Below, in pieces: positions 1-11,177 of a DNA stretch of 64,000 nt; within the stretch, counting starts at the first letter, position 1; each line of letters begins with the position of its first letter. The stretch lies in assembly GCA_000004985.1 (NCBI GenBank), contig GG738875.1; one strand, written 5' to 3'. A model generated the notes under the pieces. It saw only the letters and a program-made list of their open reading frames with translations, ran no database searches and had not been told where the DNA came from. Both the position numbers and the translations under genes were made by a program. The DNA is from Naegleria gruberi (Eukaryota).

Positions 1-2
1 CA

Positions 3-2312
3 TTTGGAATTGATATTAAAAAATTATCAACACAAATAGAAAATGAAAATGTTGAAGATTTTTTAAAAGAATTTGAAAAACATAAAATTTATTCAATTTT
101 AATAATTAAAGATGAAAATAATTCCAATAGAAGAATTACAAAAATTAAAAATATTTTTATTGGATTTTGTGAATTATTTTATAATTATGAATTTGAAGAA
201 TTAAAATGTAATAATTATATTGAAAATATTAAATTTAATTATAATTATATTTATAATATTGATTTAAATTATAATAATAATTATACTAAATTAGTTAAAA
301 ATAGAATTGGTAAAATATTTTCTAAAAATAATATTTATTGTAGTTTTAATAGTAAATTACAATTACAATATTTATATGGTGATATTGATTTTAATATAAA
401 TGTTAATAATTTTAATAATTTAATATTTGATCCTTTAATTATGGATTGGATAACTGATACAAATATGGAACATGTTCCAAAAAAGTCAATTTATGATTTA
501 TATAATCATTATTTTAATAATAATTTTAATAATAATTTAAATAATAATTTAAATAATAATAATAGTGATAATAATTCTAATGATACAAGTCAAAAAGAGA
601 ATAAAGAAAGTAAAAAGAAAAAATCTAAAAAGAACTCTCAATCTAATAGTCAACAATCTAATAATAATTCTAATTCCAATTCATCCAATAATAATAATAT
701 CAATAATAATAATAATAATAGTCAAAAACAAGAAAAAGAACAATTTAATGAAATGTATGAAAATATAAATGAAATTCAAAATGGAAATAATTTATATATG
801 AATATAAAAATAATAATTAAATTATATGAAATGATATTAAATTTAAAATTATTAGAACCATTTATAAAAGAATGTAAATTAACATCAATAATATCAAATA
901 TGGAATGGAATGGAATTGGATATAATCCAAATCAAGTAAATGAATTAATTAATATAATTGAAAATGAAAAAAATGAACAAACTTTAATTTTACAAGAATT
1001 ATGTAATATTAATAATTATTCACATAAAAAAATTAAATTAACAAATAATAATGATATTGCTTTTATTTTATTTGATATTTTAAAAATGAAACCACCACAA
1101 TTAACTATTAAAAAAGGAAATAGATCTACTAAAAAGGATGCTTTAAAAATATTAATGATTGAATATCCAAATTATAAAAAAATTATTGAATTAATAATTT
1201 TATTTAGAAAAATACAAAATATTTCAACTAAATTTACAATTGATTTTTTTAATAAATATATTTATCAATATGATTATAATTTAAATAATTTAAATAATAA
1301 TAATAATATAAATAATATAAATATAAATAATTCAAGTAATAATGTAAATAATAATATAAATAATAATATAAATAATAATATAAATAATTCAAATAATAAT
1401 AATATAAATAATAATAATAATATAATATATTTAATACATTCAACACAAGAACAAAATTCAACATCAACAGGTAGAATTTCATGTAAAGAACCAAATTTAC
1501 AATCATTACCAAAACCATTAACTTTTTATAGTGAATATAAAAAAGGAAATTTAACATTTAATACAAGAAGTGTAATTAAAAGTACAAATGATAATCAAAT
1601 ATTATTATCAGCTGATTTTTCACAAATTGAAATTAGATTAATTGCACATTTTAGTAAAGATCCAATTTTAATATCATTACTAAAAAAGGGAGGTGATATA
1701 TTTTTAGAAATGGCTAAACAAGTATTTAAAACTGAAAATGTAACAAAAGAACAAAGATCACAAATTAAAACATTAACTTATGGTATTTTATATGGAATGG
1801 GTGATGATAAATTATCAATTGAATTATTTAATTCTATAAATAGAATTGAAGATGCTAAAAAATATAAATTAAATTTTTTTAATCAATTTAAAAATATTGA
1901 AATATTAAAAAATGAAATTGAATTTAATTTAACTAAAAATGGATATATTGAAACTATAAATGGAAGGAGAAGATATTTACAATCAATTTATTCAAATGAT
2001 TTAAATGAAATTTCTAAAACTAAAAGACAATCTTTTAATTCAACTATACAAGGATCAAGTGCAGATATAATTAAACAATCAATTATAAATGTACATTCAA
2101 ATATTATTAAATTTAATTTAAATATTAATTTAATTTTACAAATACATGATGAATTATTATTTCAAATTGATAAAAATCAAATTTTACAATCTTTTAATAT
2201 TATTAAAGAATCAATGGAAAATTCTTTTAATTTACTTGTACCAATACCTGTTAAAATTATGATTGGAAATAATTGGGGAAATATGAAGGAAGATTTTAAT
2301 GAATTTTTATAA
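3..2312 (+). CDS. Family A (Pol I/Pol theta-like) DNA polymerase, C-terminal polymerase domain; 5' end outside window
   Basis: The frame is open from base 3 and is the same frame as the track ORF at 441. Pol A motifs are present: LLSADFSQIEIRLIAH (motif A, DYSQIELR), RSQIKTLTYGILYGMG (motif B, K..NFG..YG) and QIHDELLFQ (motif C, HDE). ISCKEPNLQSLPKP matches the O-helix/PNLQNIP region. Poly-Asn inserts are present. The stop is TAA at 2310-2312. Confidence 0.8.
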   Translation, partial: FGIDIKKLSTQIENENVEDFLKEFEKHKIYSILIIKDENNSNRRITKIKNIFIGFCELFYNYEFEELKCNNYIENIKFNYNYIYNIDLNYNNNYTKLVKNRIGKIFSKNNIYCSFNSKLQLQYLYGDIDFNINVNNFNNLIFDPLIMDWITDTNMEHVPKKSIYDLYNHYFNNNFNNNLNNNLNNNNSDNNSNDTSQKENKESKKKKSKKNSQSNSQQSNNNSNSNSSNNNNINNNNNNSQKQEKEQFNEMYENINEIQNGNNLYMNIKIIIKLYEMILNLKLLEPFIKECKLTSIISNMEWNGIGYNPNQVNELINIIENEKNEQTLILQELCNINNYSHKKIKLTNNNDIAFILFDILKMKPPQLTIKKGNRSTKKDALKILMIEYPNYKKIIELIILFRKIQNISTKFTIDFFNKYIYQYDYNLNNLNNNNNINNININNSSNNVNNNINNNINNNINNSNNNNINNNNNIIYLIHSTQEQNSTSTGRISCKEPNLQSLPKPLTFYSEYKKGNLTFNTRSVIKSTNDNQILLSADFSQIEIRLIAHFSKDPILISLLKKGGDIFLEMAKQVFKTENVTKEQRSQIKTLTYGILYGMGDDKLSIELFNSINRIEDAKKYKLNFFNQFKNIEILKNEIEFNLTKNGYIETINGRRRYLQSIYSNDLNEISKTKRQSFNSTIQGSSADIIKQSIINVHSNIIKFNLNINLILQIHDELLFQIDKNQILQSFNIIKESMENSFNLLVPIPVKIMIGNNWGNMKEDFNEFL

Positions 2313-3647
2313 ATTATTTAATAATAAAGATGTGTTTTTTAAAATGATAATAGCAATTGTCAAGTTGGTAAAATTCAAACTCGTCCAAATTATCAGTGGG
2401 CAAGAAAGAACAATGTCTGTCCATTATGATTCTTTTTAAGAGATACAAATGGTAGAATTGCTGCTTTCTGGCAAGAGAGCATGATGTTAATTGTTTTGGG
2501 AATGATGAGAGATAAGCCATATACGATAATCATGTCCAGTAGCATATAATATTGAGTTGTGTTAACACCTTGTGATATTCGCTCAATAGTGGCTCAACTG
2601 GGAAATCTCTCATCATGTTGTAATGCAAAATTCCACTTACTGTTATAAATGGTTATAAACATGAACAGAATTCAAAGAGCAAAATGATGCACAACAAAAG
2701 AAGTCAAAATGCTGTAAATGGATGGAAATTTCTATGCCAAAATTGCTTGTTATCTTTTATGTTTTATTAAGCTGAGAATGAACATGAATTCGTTAAATTT
2801 ATAGACCATCAAGCATGCCAATAGATGAAAAACGGACCAAATATTTTATTGAGAAGTCCCCATTTGGCAATCTATGTGGCATTCTTAATTTTGAACATGT
2901 GCTATCATTATTTAATAATCGAAAGACTATACTTCCTTTTTATTTCAGGTACGGCTGGCTTACATTGAAGATATAAAAATAGCAAAATTAAATAAATCAG
3001 TACGACATCTTATATTCACGTGTACTCACACTCAGAAATAACCAATGGCATAGATACTTACGGTAAATATCTTAACTGTGTACACGTTTAATTTTTACAG
3101 AAGACCAGTATGGAACGTATTGGTTGAGGTATTAATAAGTTTCAACATTCGGTCATGCATAAATTTCAACAATCCTACCCCTTTCACACTAAATATCATA
3201 AAACTAACCGTAGCGCGGTCGTATATGTACCACTTACCCTAAGTAAGGTTAACAACATATATCGATTAACACTGTTCCGGTACCGTATTCGTTACCAGCA
3301 TATTAATGAAGTATTTGTATCAGTATACATTATACTCCATACATCCACGACACTATTGACTGAATATTTAGCAGTATTTTGAACAACATTCTTTATATGT
3401 CGTGAACATAAGTTTCTGATAACATAAAATAGATTACCTGATTTATATGGAACAAAAGCTGACAAATCATGGAAGGGATGTTGGCGTTAAAGATTAGGTG
3501 AGGAAATCTCAATGTTTGGAATGATGGTATTCTGCGTTCTTAGAAGCTTGTCGTAGTGGTTTTGTGTAAAATAATCTTTCCTTTTTACTTTGTTGTACCA
3601 AAAAGTTGTTTCATTGCATTTTGATTAAATTTCTTTCTTCAAAAAAT

Positions 3648-5083
3648 ATGTTCATTCTCAAAATCTCTTCAAAAGCATCAAAGTTATTAAGCCGTGTTCC
3701 TGAAAACACCCTTAACAAAAAACCACTTTTAAAAACTAGTAATTTAATTAACAATCATCAACTTAAACACTCAAGTAATCAGATTTTGCTTCCATTAGAA
3801 GAAGTAAACATTTTTATGTTGATAAAACTATTTTATTTCCATTATTGGAGGGAACAGGTAAACAATTATTTTTTGTTCGTCGTCCTAGATGGGGAAAATC
3901 ACTATTATTATCAATGCTTCCATCCTATTATGATATTAATAAATTGTCCAAGATCAGAACATGCTTTATTTAATTCAACCCAATCATTATTCTTGTTAAA
4001 TAAGATTGTAAATGATAAACATTTCAGAAATGTAATTCTAAAACAAGAAGAATAAGTGATATTACCATTTTATATGATAGTAATAATACTGTAATAAGTA
4101 AGAATGTATTTGCTACATTACCAAGTATTGTATCCAAAGATATTATTCAAAAATTACTTTCAAAAGATTATGTTTCAGTTACAGAATATATTTATCCAAC
4201 ATTAAATGTAAGGGAAATTATTAACCCATCATTAAATGAAAAATATCAACAAATAATTCATGATCATACTTTATCATTTATGTATTATTATGGAATGATT
4301 ACTTTGACAGAAGAGTCATCAAAACAATTAACTCCAACACAATTATTAATTCCAAATGAAATTACAAAAGTTCAATATTTAAAACAATTAACAAGATTAA
4401 TTTCTTTAAATCAAAATGTATCATCTATTATTAATGATCCAACACAAGATAATTTGAAAATCTTACTTTCTACAATTATAAAAAAACAAGAAACTATCAA
4501 TGATAACTCAATGTCTGATGGAGAATTACAAACAAGTATTGAATCTGCTTTAAGAGCATATTATTTATTTGGAAACAATGCAGAAAAAGAATATCACGTT
4601 ATCAACAATTCCAACTTGAATGTGGAGATTATCAAACGTGATGCTGATCTTGTGATTAGAACTTGTAAAAAAGTTGTAATCATTAAATTCAAATATATTA
4701 GACCAAATTCCTTAACAAAATATGAAAATATTAAGTATTGGACTCCACAAATACATAAAAATATATTTAAAGATTTATCTAAATATTCAGATGAAGAATT
4801 ATTGGAAATGGAAGTAATTACAGATACTAAAGAAAAAGTATTAGTAAATTCAATTTTAAACTCTGCAATTTCTCAAATGAAACAATATAATGATCAATAT
4901 GAGATTGATAATTCAAAAACCATTCATAAATTTGTAGTGTTTCAAGTTGGTTGGCCATTGATAGTCAGAGAGGTGTTTCTGGTATTGTTTCAACATTTTT
5001 CATCCTTATATTTCTCAGTTCTTGTTGAAATACAGTTTATGATTCCAATCCAACACACAACGTTGTTGCTAGAGGGGATATGA
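3648..5083 (+). CDS. Hypothetical protein, probably two exons: join(3648..3856, 4028..about 4950-5083)
   Basis: The first real ATG is at 3648; the track start at 3606 is a TTG. A donor cag|gtaaac lies at 3856/3857 and an acceptor atttcag|aaa at 4027/4028. Together they join frame 0 to the open frame that continues into the track ORF at 4280, which is open back to 4028. There is no recognisable domain. The 3' end is uncertain because the tail of the ORF looks like non-coding read-through. Confidence 0.35.
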
Positions 5084-5573
5084 CTTCTTTCTTTCTTCTT
5101 CAACTGGGTGTTGTCTCTGTGTGTTGGATTGGAATCATAAACTGTATTTCATCATCGAATTGTTGTTCTGCAACTTTTTCTTCTTCTATCAAGCAAACTA
5201 ATAAATTGATCATGCTAGTAATTACCATATCACACTCTCTCAAGTATTCCAAGGGATTGTGACAACTTGCTCCATCTTGTCATAAATTGTGTCAGAGTGA
5301 AAGCATTTAATGAATTGGTAGAGTCCATCATTGTCATCATTGTGCGTATCACAAAGTGAAACCAACATGTTGAAGAGACAAAGTGGTTTGTTTTTGTCTT
5401 CTTCAATTTATAAGAGTTCAAGCTCAGTTAAGTAAATAATTCAGTAAAGTGAATATTGAAATTGCTCAAGAAGAATTATCTCAATACGTATTTATTGCTA
5501 CTACAATTACAGATTAAACGTGCTCAATAAATTAAACACTTCTATGAGGGTTTGGAAAATGTTGTAAAGGAAG

Positions 5574-5645
5574 CATCACGTTTCGGAAATTAATCAAACA
5601 CATTCATATAGATATTGACAATAAACTATTCTCTCCGAAACGTGA
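5574..5645. promoter_or_regulatory. Perfect 11-12 bp inverted repeat (cacgtttcgga / tccgaaacgtg) about 47 bp apart, ending 10 bp upstream of the kinase gene ATG
   Basis: Read directly from the sequence at 5574-5587 and 5634-5645. It sits in the 5' flank of the CDS that starts at 5656. Confidence 0.3.
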
Positions 5646-5655
5646 TTAAAAAAAA

Positions 5656-8118
5656 ATGGAGAATGATGAAACATTGATAGAAATTGAATGTGATGGTACA
5701 ATAACACTGGAACATAACGGTCAATTAATAACAATCAATGCACCAACCGGACATCAAACATTTAAATTAAAAATCAAAAATAATCAAAACAAAACACCTA
5801 AAATCACAAGTAGTCCAAATGTCATTTTCAATGATGATGATAACATTATTAAAACAATTGTACAATCCAAATTCAAAAATGAAAAATTGGTGAAAAAGTA
5901 CGGATGGAGATGTGATAAAGAAAAAAAAGTCCAATTTTTCACATTCACAAGTTCACAAGATGGAAAACTGTATGTGGTTAAAGTTTTCAAAAAGGAGGGA
6001 TTTACTTGGGAAAGAGATTTCATACGAGAAGTTTCTTATGTGATTAATATAAGTCATCCCAATATTGTCAGGATTTATGAGGGAGATACATTTACAATTA
6101 ACGATGTAAAATTTAATTATTACAAAATGGATTATTATACTCATGGCTCTCTTGAAGCATGGGCAAATGAAAGGACAAATCTAAATGAAAAAAGTTTATT
6201 AATGATAATGTTACAATTGGTCAATGCTGTAAAATTCATTCAAACTAGAAACATTATTCATAGAGATATTAGACCAGCTAATATACTAATTCAACATATT
6301 AATAATAATGATGGAATACCAATAATTGCTCTTGCTGATTTTGAATATGCTACCAAACCAGAAAATTCTTCAGTTAAAGGAAGTATATGTGGAACTCCAA
6401 ACTATGATCCAAAAATTATAACTCATGGATATTCTTTTAATAGTGATTGTTATTCTATTGGTAGAACAATGTTTGACTTGATTGTTGAGAGTACAAATAA
6501 TGATAATTCATTATTTGATGATGATGATAATGATCTCAATTCAACCATAAAAGATGATGATAGACCTAAAATAGAAGATTTACTTGAACAAAATATCATT
6601 TCAGAAACATTTGCTAAATTAATTTTCAGTTTGTTGGAAGATAGTATTGATCTAGATATATTATGTATCAAGTTACTACAATTATTACAAAAATATATCA
6701 AATGGACCGAATATATTAAAGATGAATATATATTAAGTATTATACAATCTAATGTTTATATTGAATTCAAAGTAGTTGAAGAAGATTATACTAATTTTGA
6801 ATACATTTCAGAACAATCTAAAAATAATTACGAATTCAAAAAAAAATCAGTACAAAAGAATGGACTTGTCATTCAATATTTTACAAATGAAGATAAGAAT
6901 AATATAGAATTGGTAAAATTAGCTTTCAATAATAATTATAATTCACTTCAATTTGCATCAGAAGAAATAAGAAAAAATTTCAAATTAATGCAAGAATTTT
7001 CAGAAAAAGAACCATTATGTTTAGAATATATATTAGATGTTAATAACATTATATATAAACTGAATATGAAAAATCTAGTACAGAAAAATGGATTGGCACT
7101 TCAATATGCTACTGAATCAGATAAAAATAATATTGATATTGTAAAACTAGCTGTAAAACAAAATCCACAATCATTAAGATATTCCAGTAAGGATATTAGA
7201 GAAAATTTTTTACCATATTCTCTTAAAAGTATATTTGATATTTTTCGAAATTATTCAAATGAATTCACAAAGAATAAGAGAATAGTATTAGAATCTATCA
7301 GGGAAAATGTATTAGCTTTTGAATATGCTGATATAGTTTTCAAAAATGATTTTGAATTTATTTGTGAGGCTATTAAATACAACAATAAGATATTATCCTA
7401 TCTATTTAAATTGAATGATATGGAGGATATTCAAAATATAGTGGATTTAATTGATAAAAGAACCAACAATTTAACTCTAAACAAATGTCCGAGTAATGAA
7501 TTAATCAACTTTTTAAAAAAAATGAAACAATTAACTTTACTTGATTTTATTTATAATATTGGTGACGAAGGTGCCAAATTAATAAGTGAAATGAAACAAT
7601 TAACTTCACTTGATATTAGTGAAAATAATATTGGTGTTGAAGGTGCCAAATATATTAGTGAAATGAAACAATTAACTTCACTTAATATATGTAGAAATGA
7701 GATCGGTGTTGAAGGTGTCAAATATATTAGTGAAATGAAACAATTAACTTCACTTGATATTAGTTATAATAAGATTGGTGTTGAAGGTGCCAAATATATT
7801 AGTGAAATGAAACAATTAACTTCACTTGATATTAGTGAAAATAATATTGGTGTTGAAGGTGCCAAATATATTAGTGAAATGAAACAATTAACTTCACTTG
7901 ATATTAATTATAATAAGATTGGTGACGAAGGTGCCAAATATATTAGTAAAATGAAACAATTAACTTCACTTAATATACGTAGAAATGAGATTGGTGTTGA
8001 AGGTGTCAAATATATTAGTGAAATGAAACAATTAACTTCACTTGATATTAGTTATAATAAGATTGGTGTTGAAGGCGCAAAATACCTTAGTGAAATGAAA
8101 ACGAAAACAATTTATTGA
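5656..8118 (+). CDS. Protein kinase-like domain + two DUF4116-like repeats + about 8-10 ribonuclease-inhibitor-type leucine-rich repeats
   Basis: The catalytic loop is HRDIRPANILI. DFE replaces DFG in ADFEYAT. The activation segment is GTPNYDP. There is no GxGxxG loop. Two repeats, QKNGLVIQYFTNEDKNNIELVKLAFNNNYNSLQFASEEIRKNF and its second copy, match the DUF4116 pattern. The C-terminus consists of 24-aa units MKQLTSLDISENNIGVEGAKYISE, which are RI-type LRRs. Confidence 0.8.
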   Translation: MENDETLIEIECDGTITLEHNGQLITINAPTGHQTFKLKIKNNQNKTPKITSSPNVIFNDDDNIIKTIVQSKFKNEKLVKKYGWRCDKEKKVQFFTFTSSQDGKLYVVKVFKKEGFTWERDFIREVSYVINISHPNIVRIYEGDTFTINDVKFNYYKMDYYTHGSLEAWANERTNLNEKSLLMIMLQLVNAVKFIQTRNIIHRDIRPANILIQHINNNDGIPIIALADFEYATKPENSSVKGSICGTPNYDPKIITHGYSFNSDCYSIGRTMFDLIVESTNNDNSLFDDDDNDLNSTIKDDDRPKIEDLLEQNIISETFAKLIFSLLEDSIDLDILCIKLLQLLQKYIKWTEYIKDEYILSIIQSNVYIEFKVVEEDYTNFEYISEQSKNNYEFKKKSVQKNGLVIQYFTNEDKNNIELVKLAFNNNYNSLQFASEEIRKNFKLMQEFSEKEPLCLEYILDVNNIIYKLNMKNLVQKNGLALQYATESDKNNIDIVKLAVKQNPQSLRYSSKDIRENFLPYSLKSIFDIFRNYSNEFTKNKRIVLESIRENVLAFEYADIVFKNDFEFICEAIKYNNKILSYLFKLNDMEDIQNIVDLIDKRTNNLTLNKCPSNELINFLKKMKQLTLLDFIYNIGDEGAKLISEMKQLTSLDISENNIGVEGAKYISEMKQLTSLNICRNEIGVEGVKYISEMKQLTSLDISYNKIGVEGAKYISEMKQLTSLDISENNIGVEGAKYISEMKQLTSLDINYNKIGDEGAKYISKMKQLTSLNIRRNEIGVEGVKYISEMKQLTSLDISYNKIGVEGAKYLSEMKTKTIY

Positions 8119-8400
8119 AATTCAATAATTTCATCCTTATTGGTACATTAATTTCTCTCAAATACCATTAGTGAAATTCATTAATTAACTTCACTTGAAT
8201 TCATTATAATAAGTTGGTGATTAATTCCTTATACATTATAAAATCAATACAATCTATTTTCACTTCTTTTCCATAGAAATAATATTGGTGTTGAAGGTGT
8301 CAAATACATTAGTGAAATGAAACAATTAACTTCACTTGATATTAGTTATAATAAGATTGGTGATGAAGGCGCAAAATACCTTAGTGAAATGAAAACGAAA
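7540..8400 (+). repeat. Array of about 12 units of a 72-bp tandem repeat encoding LRRs, extending past the stop codon with one decayed and one intact extra unit
   Basis: The units are near-identical at the DNA level, for example atgaaacaattaacttcacttgatattagt...ggtgttgaaggtgccaaatatattagtgaa. Copies after the TGA lie at 8120-8280 (decayed) and 8281-8400 (intact). Confidence 0.85.
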
Positions 8401-8405
8401 ACAAT

Positions 8406-9582
8406 TTATTGAAATTCAATAATTTCATCCTTATTAGTTACATTAATTTCTCTCTTTAAAACCATTGAAGTATATTCATTAATAATTTCATTTAAATTCT
8501 TATTAACTTGAATGATTAATTCCTTTTTAACATTATCAAAATCAATAATTCTTTTTTGACCTCTTTTCCAAACAAGATAAAATCTATAAAAAGCACTTGA
8601 ATAAGCAATATTAAAAGCATCCATTACAGAATCTTCATACTTGTTAATAAATGATTTTAATTTACCTTCAATTAACATTTTTAAAATCATTTGAGTAATA
8701 TTTAAAGAAACAACAGCCATTGGAAATGATTGAGTTTGTGATAGAGAATAAATATCTTGAGTTGTTTTTTCATCACTATAAACAAAGAATAATAATTGTA
8801 AAATACCTAACATTCCAACTCCTCTTAAATCTGTTTTTGGATCATTTCCTTGAAATCCAATGGCTTCCCAATGTGCTCCAATAGATGGACAATTTTGTTT
8901 ATCTCCTGTTATTTTTTTATATATTGTAAATAATTGTCTTTCATGTTGTTCAATTTCATGATTTAATGGTATTTGTGTTAAGGCTATTAAAAATTCTTTT
9001 TCCTTTCTTATATTTTCATTATCTGTCTTTGAAAAACATGAAAATATTTTACTAAACATGGAATTTGATGATGAATTTGTTAATTTATCTCTTGCTACTT
9101 CTATTTCTGTTTTCATTTTAATTGAGTTATAATATTTAATAGTTTCATCATAACTAATATTTAATTCTCTACTATTTAATTCACTTATTTGAACTGTTTG
9201 TTGTCCATATTGTTGTTGTTCTCTTAATAATTGTACATCATCCCATTGTTTTTTAACATTTTCATAGGCTTCATTCATATCTTCTTCTTCAATTTGTATT
9301 GTTTCATTAGTAATAGTAGTATTTGTTATATTGTTATTAGTTGTATTAATAGTTATTGCTGATGTTGTATTATTGTTATTGGTTAGTAGTGTTAGTAATT
9401 TTAATTTGTTCTAATTGTTTAAATTCCTTAGAAATATCATTAGCAGATTCATCCCTATTTGATGTTTGATTCTTTGAAAATTCTTCATCCCAATTATAAG
9501 GCTCTTCATCTTTTTCTTCATTAAAATCAATATTTAAGTCATCATCATTCAATTCGTCAACTTCCTTATGGTGGAGATCCAT
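8406..9582 (-). CDS. ELMO/CED-12 domain protein; probable frame break near 9376-9400
   Basis: The ELMO motif is WEAIGFQGNDPKTDLRGVGMLGILQLL. The main ORF at 8406-9278 stays open upstream of its listed M. The ORF at 9376-9582 lies in another frame and encodes an acidic N-terminus. I interpret these as one gene with a 1-nt indel or a tiny intron. Confidence 0.7.
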
Positions 9583-9773
9583 TCTTTTTTTTGTAGTTTT
9601 AAATTCAAGTTTGGCGCCAAAATTGTGACTCTTTGCAGGAACACTGTAACAAGAGAAATAACAATTTTATAATTTTGTAAATGATATATTTTATTATATT
9701 AAATATTAGTAGTAGTAAAATAACCCAATTAAATTCCTTATTATTCTTATTTAAATATTATTTAAATATTAAA

Positions 9774-10974
9774 TTATTTAATAAAATTAAAAGATTGATG
9801 TATTTGTTTAAATAATAATTCAACATTATTATTAAAAGATTTAGAAATGGTATAAGTAGAAATAGAATAAACCATATTATTATATAATAAAGAAGATACC
9901 ATAAAAGTAAAAGAAGGATCAGAAGTATTCATAGTATAAGTAGAAGTAAAACAATCATGTCCATTATTTAATTGATGAATATATGAATCTATTATTTGTA
10001 TAGATGAATGTTCTAATAATTGTAATGATGTTTCTTTAACATCTTGAATATTTTTAACATTGGATGGTATTGGTTGTACTGATACCATTGTTTCTAATGT
10101 TAATTTATTTAAATATTCAATTATTTCATCATTATCATTTATATTACTATTATTACTAGTAGTAGTATTACTGGTAGTAGTGGTAGTGGTGGTAGTATTA
10201 CTAGTAGTATTAGTAACAAAAGATACAACTGGTTCTTGATGTGAAAATTGATGAATCATTTGATTACATGGTACTGTTTTCTAATATATTATTATTATTA
10301 TCAACAATATTACTATCATTATCAACAATATTATCAATATTATTAATAAATTTCAAAGACATTGCAGTTGAAATTGCTTCAGATTTAAAATCATTAAATA
10401 ATTCCTTTTTACATTTACAATTTAAAATATAAAAATTATTTAAATAATTAAAAATTAAATCTAAATATTCATTATCTTGATCATTATAATTAATAATATC
10501 ACATAAATAATTTAATTTATCAAAATTATTACCCATATTTAATAATTTAATTTCTTTTACAATATCATCTTTATGATATCTAACTAATGATAAATTATTT
10601 TTAAATACATATAATAAAGAAGGTAATAACATTTCAATTTCATCTTTTTTTAATATTGCTTTACCATATATAGTAGGTTTAATTATTTTTAATGTTTTTA
10701 AAATATTTCTAATTAAATTAATATTAAAATCATGTATTGTACCACTTCCTAATGAAACTAAATGTTGTACCATATAACATTTAAATTCTTGTGATATACT
10801 TGCTATATATGCTTTAATTGTATTATTACTATTTATATCAAATGTTATTTCTATACCTGGTAATCCATTACTTAATTGAAACATTTCTTGTTGTAATATA
10901 TTTATACTTCCAACTGATTGTTGTTGTAATAATTCTAAATTTTGTTGAGAATATTCAATTGAATCAAAATTCAT
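9774..10974 (-). CDS. Hypothetical Asn/Thr-rich protein; two adjacent ORFs in different frames, probably one gene
   Basis: The ORFs at 10264-10974 and 9774-10259 abut within 4 nt in the same orientation. No domain is recognised. There may be a frameshift or a very short intron at 10259-10264. Confidence 0.4.
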
Positions 10975-11177
10975 TATATTTTCTTCAATACTAATTAATA
11001 TTATAACAGGTGATTCTTTATCTATTATTATTATAATATTATATTGTAATGTAATATTATATTTAATATGTTATATTTAATATGTTATATTATATATTGT
11101 AATATGTTATATTTAAATGTTATATGATATTTAATAAATTGTAAAAATAAAAAACATACTATTATTATCAATTAATT

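Noticed and set aside
565-768. 67-codon plus-strand ORF overlapping the polymerase gene in another frame
   Set aside because: It is an alternative-frame reading of Lys/Asn-rich low-complexity coding sequence.
1249-1557. Minus-strand 102-codon ORF that is poly-Tyr/Leu
   Set aside because: It is the antisense shadow of the poly-Asn (aat/aac) tract inside the polymerase CDS. It has no start context and no independent signal.
2314-3600. Possible protein-coding gene in the GC-richer island
   Set aside because: No ORF exceeds about 75 codons in any frame, and composition is unlike the coding regions. It is kept only as a candidate ncRNA or TE relic.
7540-8400. Regular 72-bp direct repeats, considered as a possible CRISPR-like array
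   Set aside because: The repeats are in-frame coding units (LRRs) of a eukaryotic gene. They have no spacers, no leader and no cas genes, and the whole window is eukaryotic.
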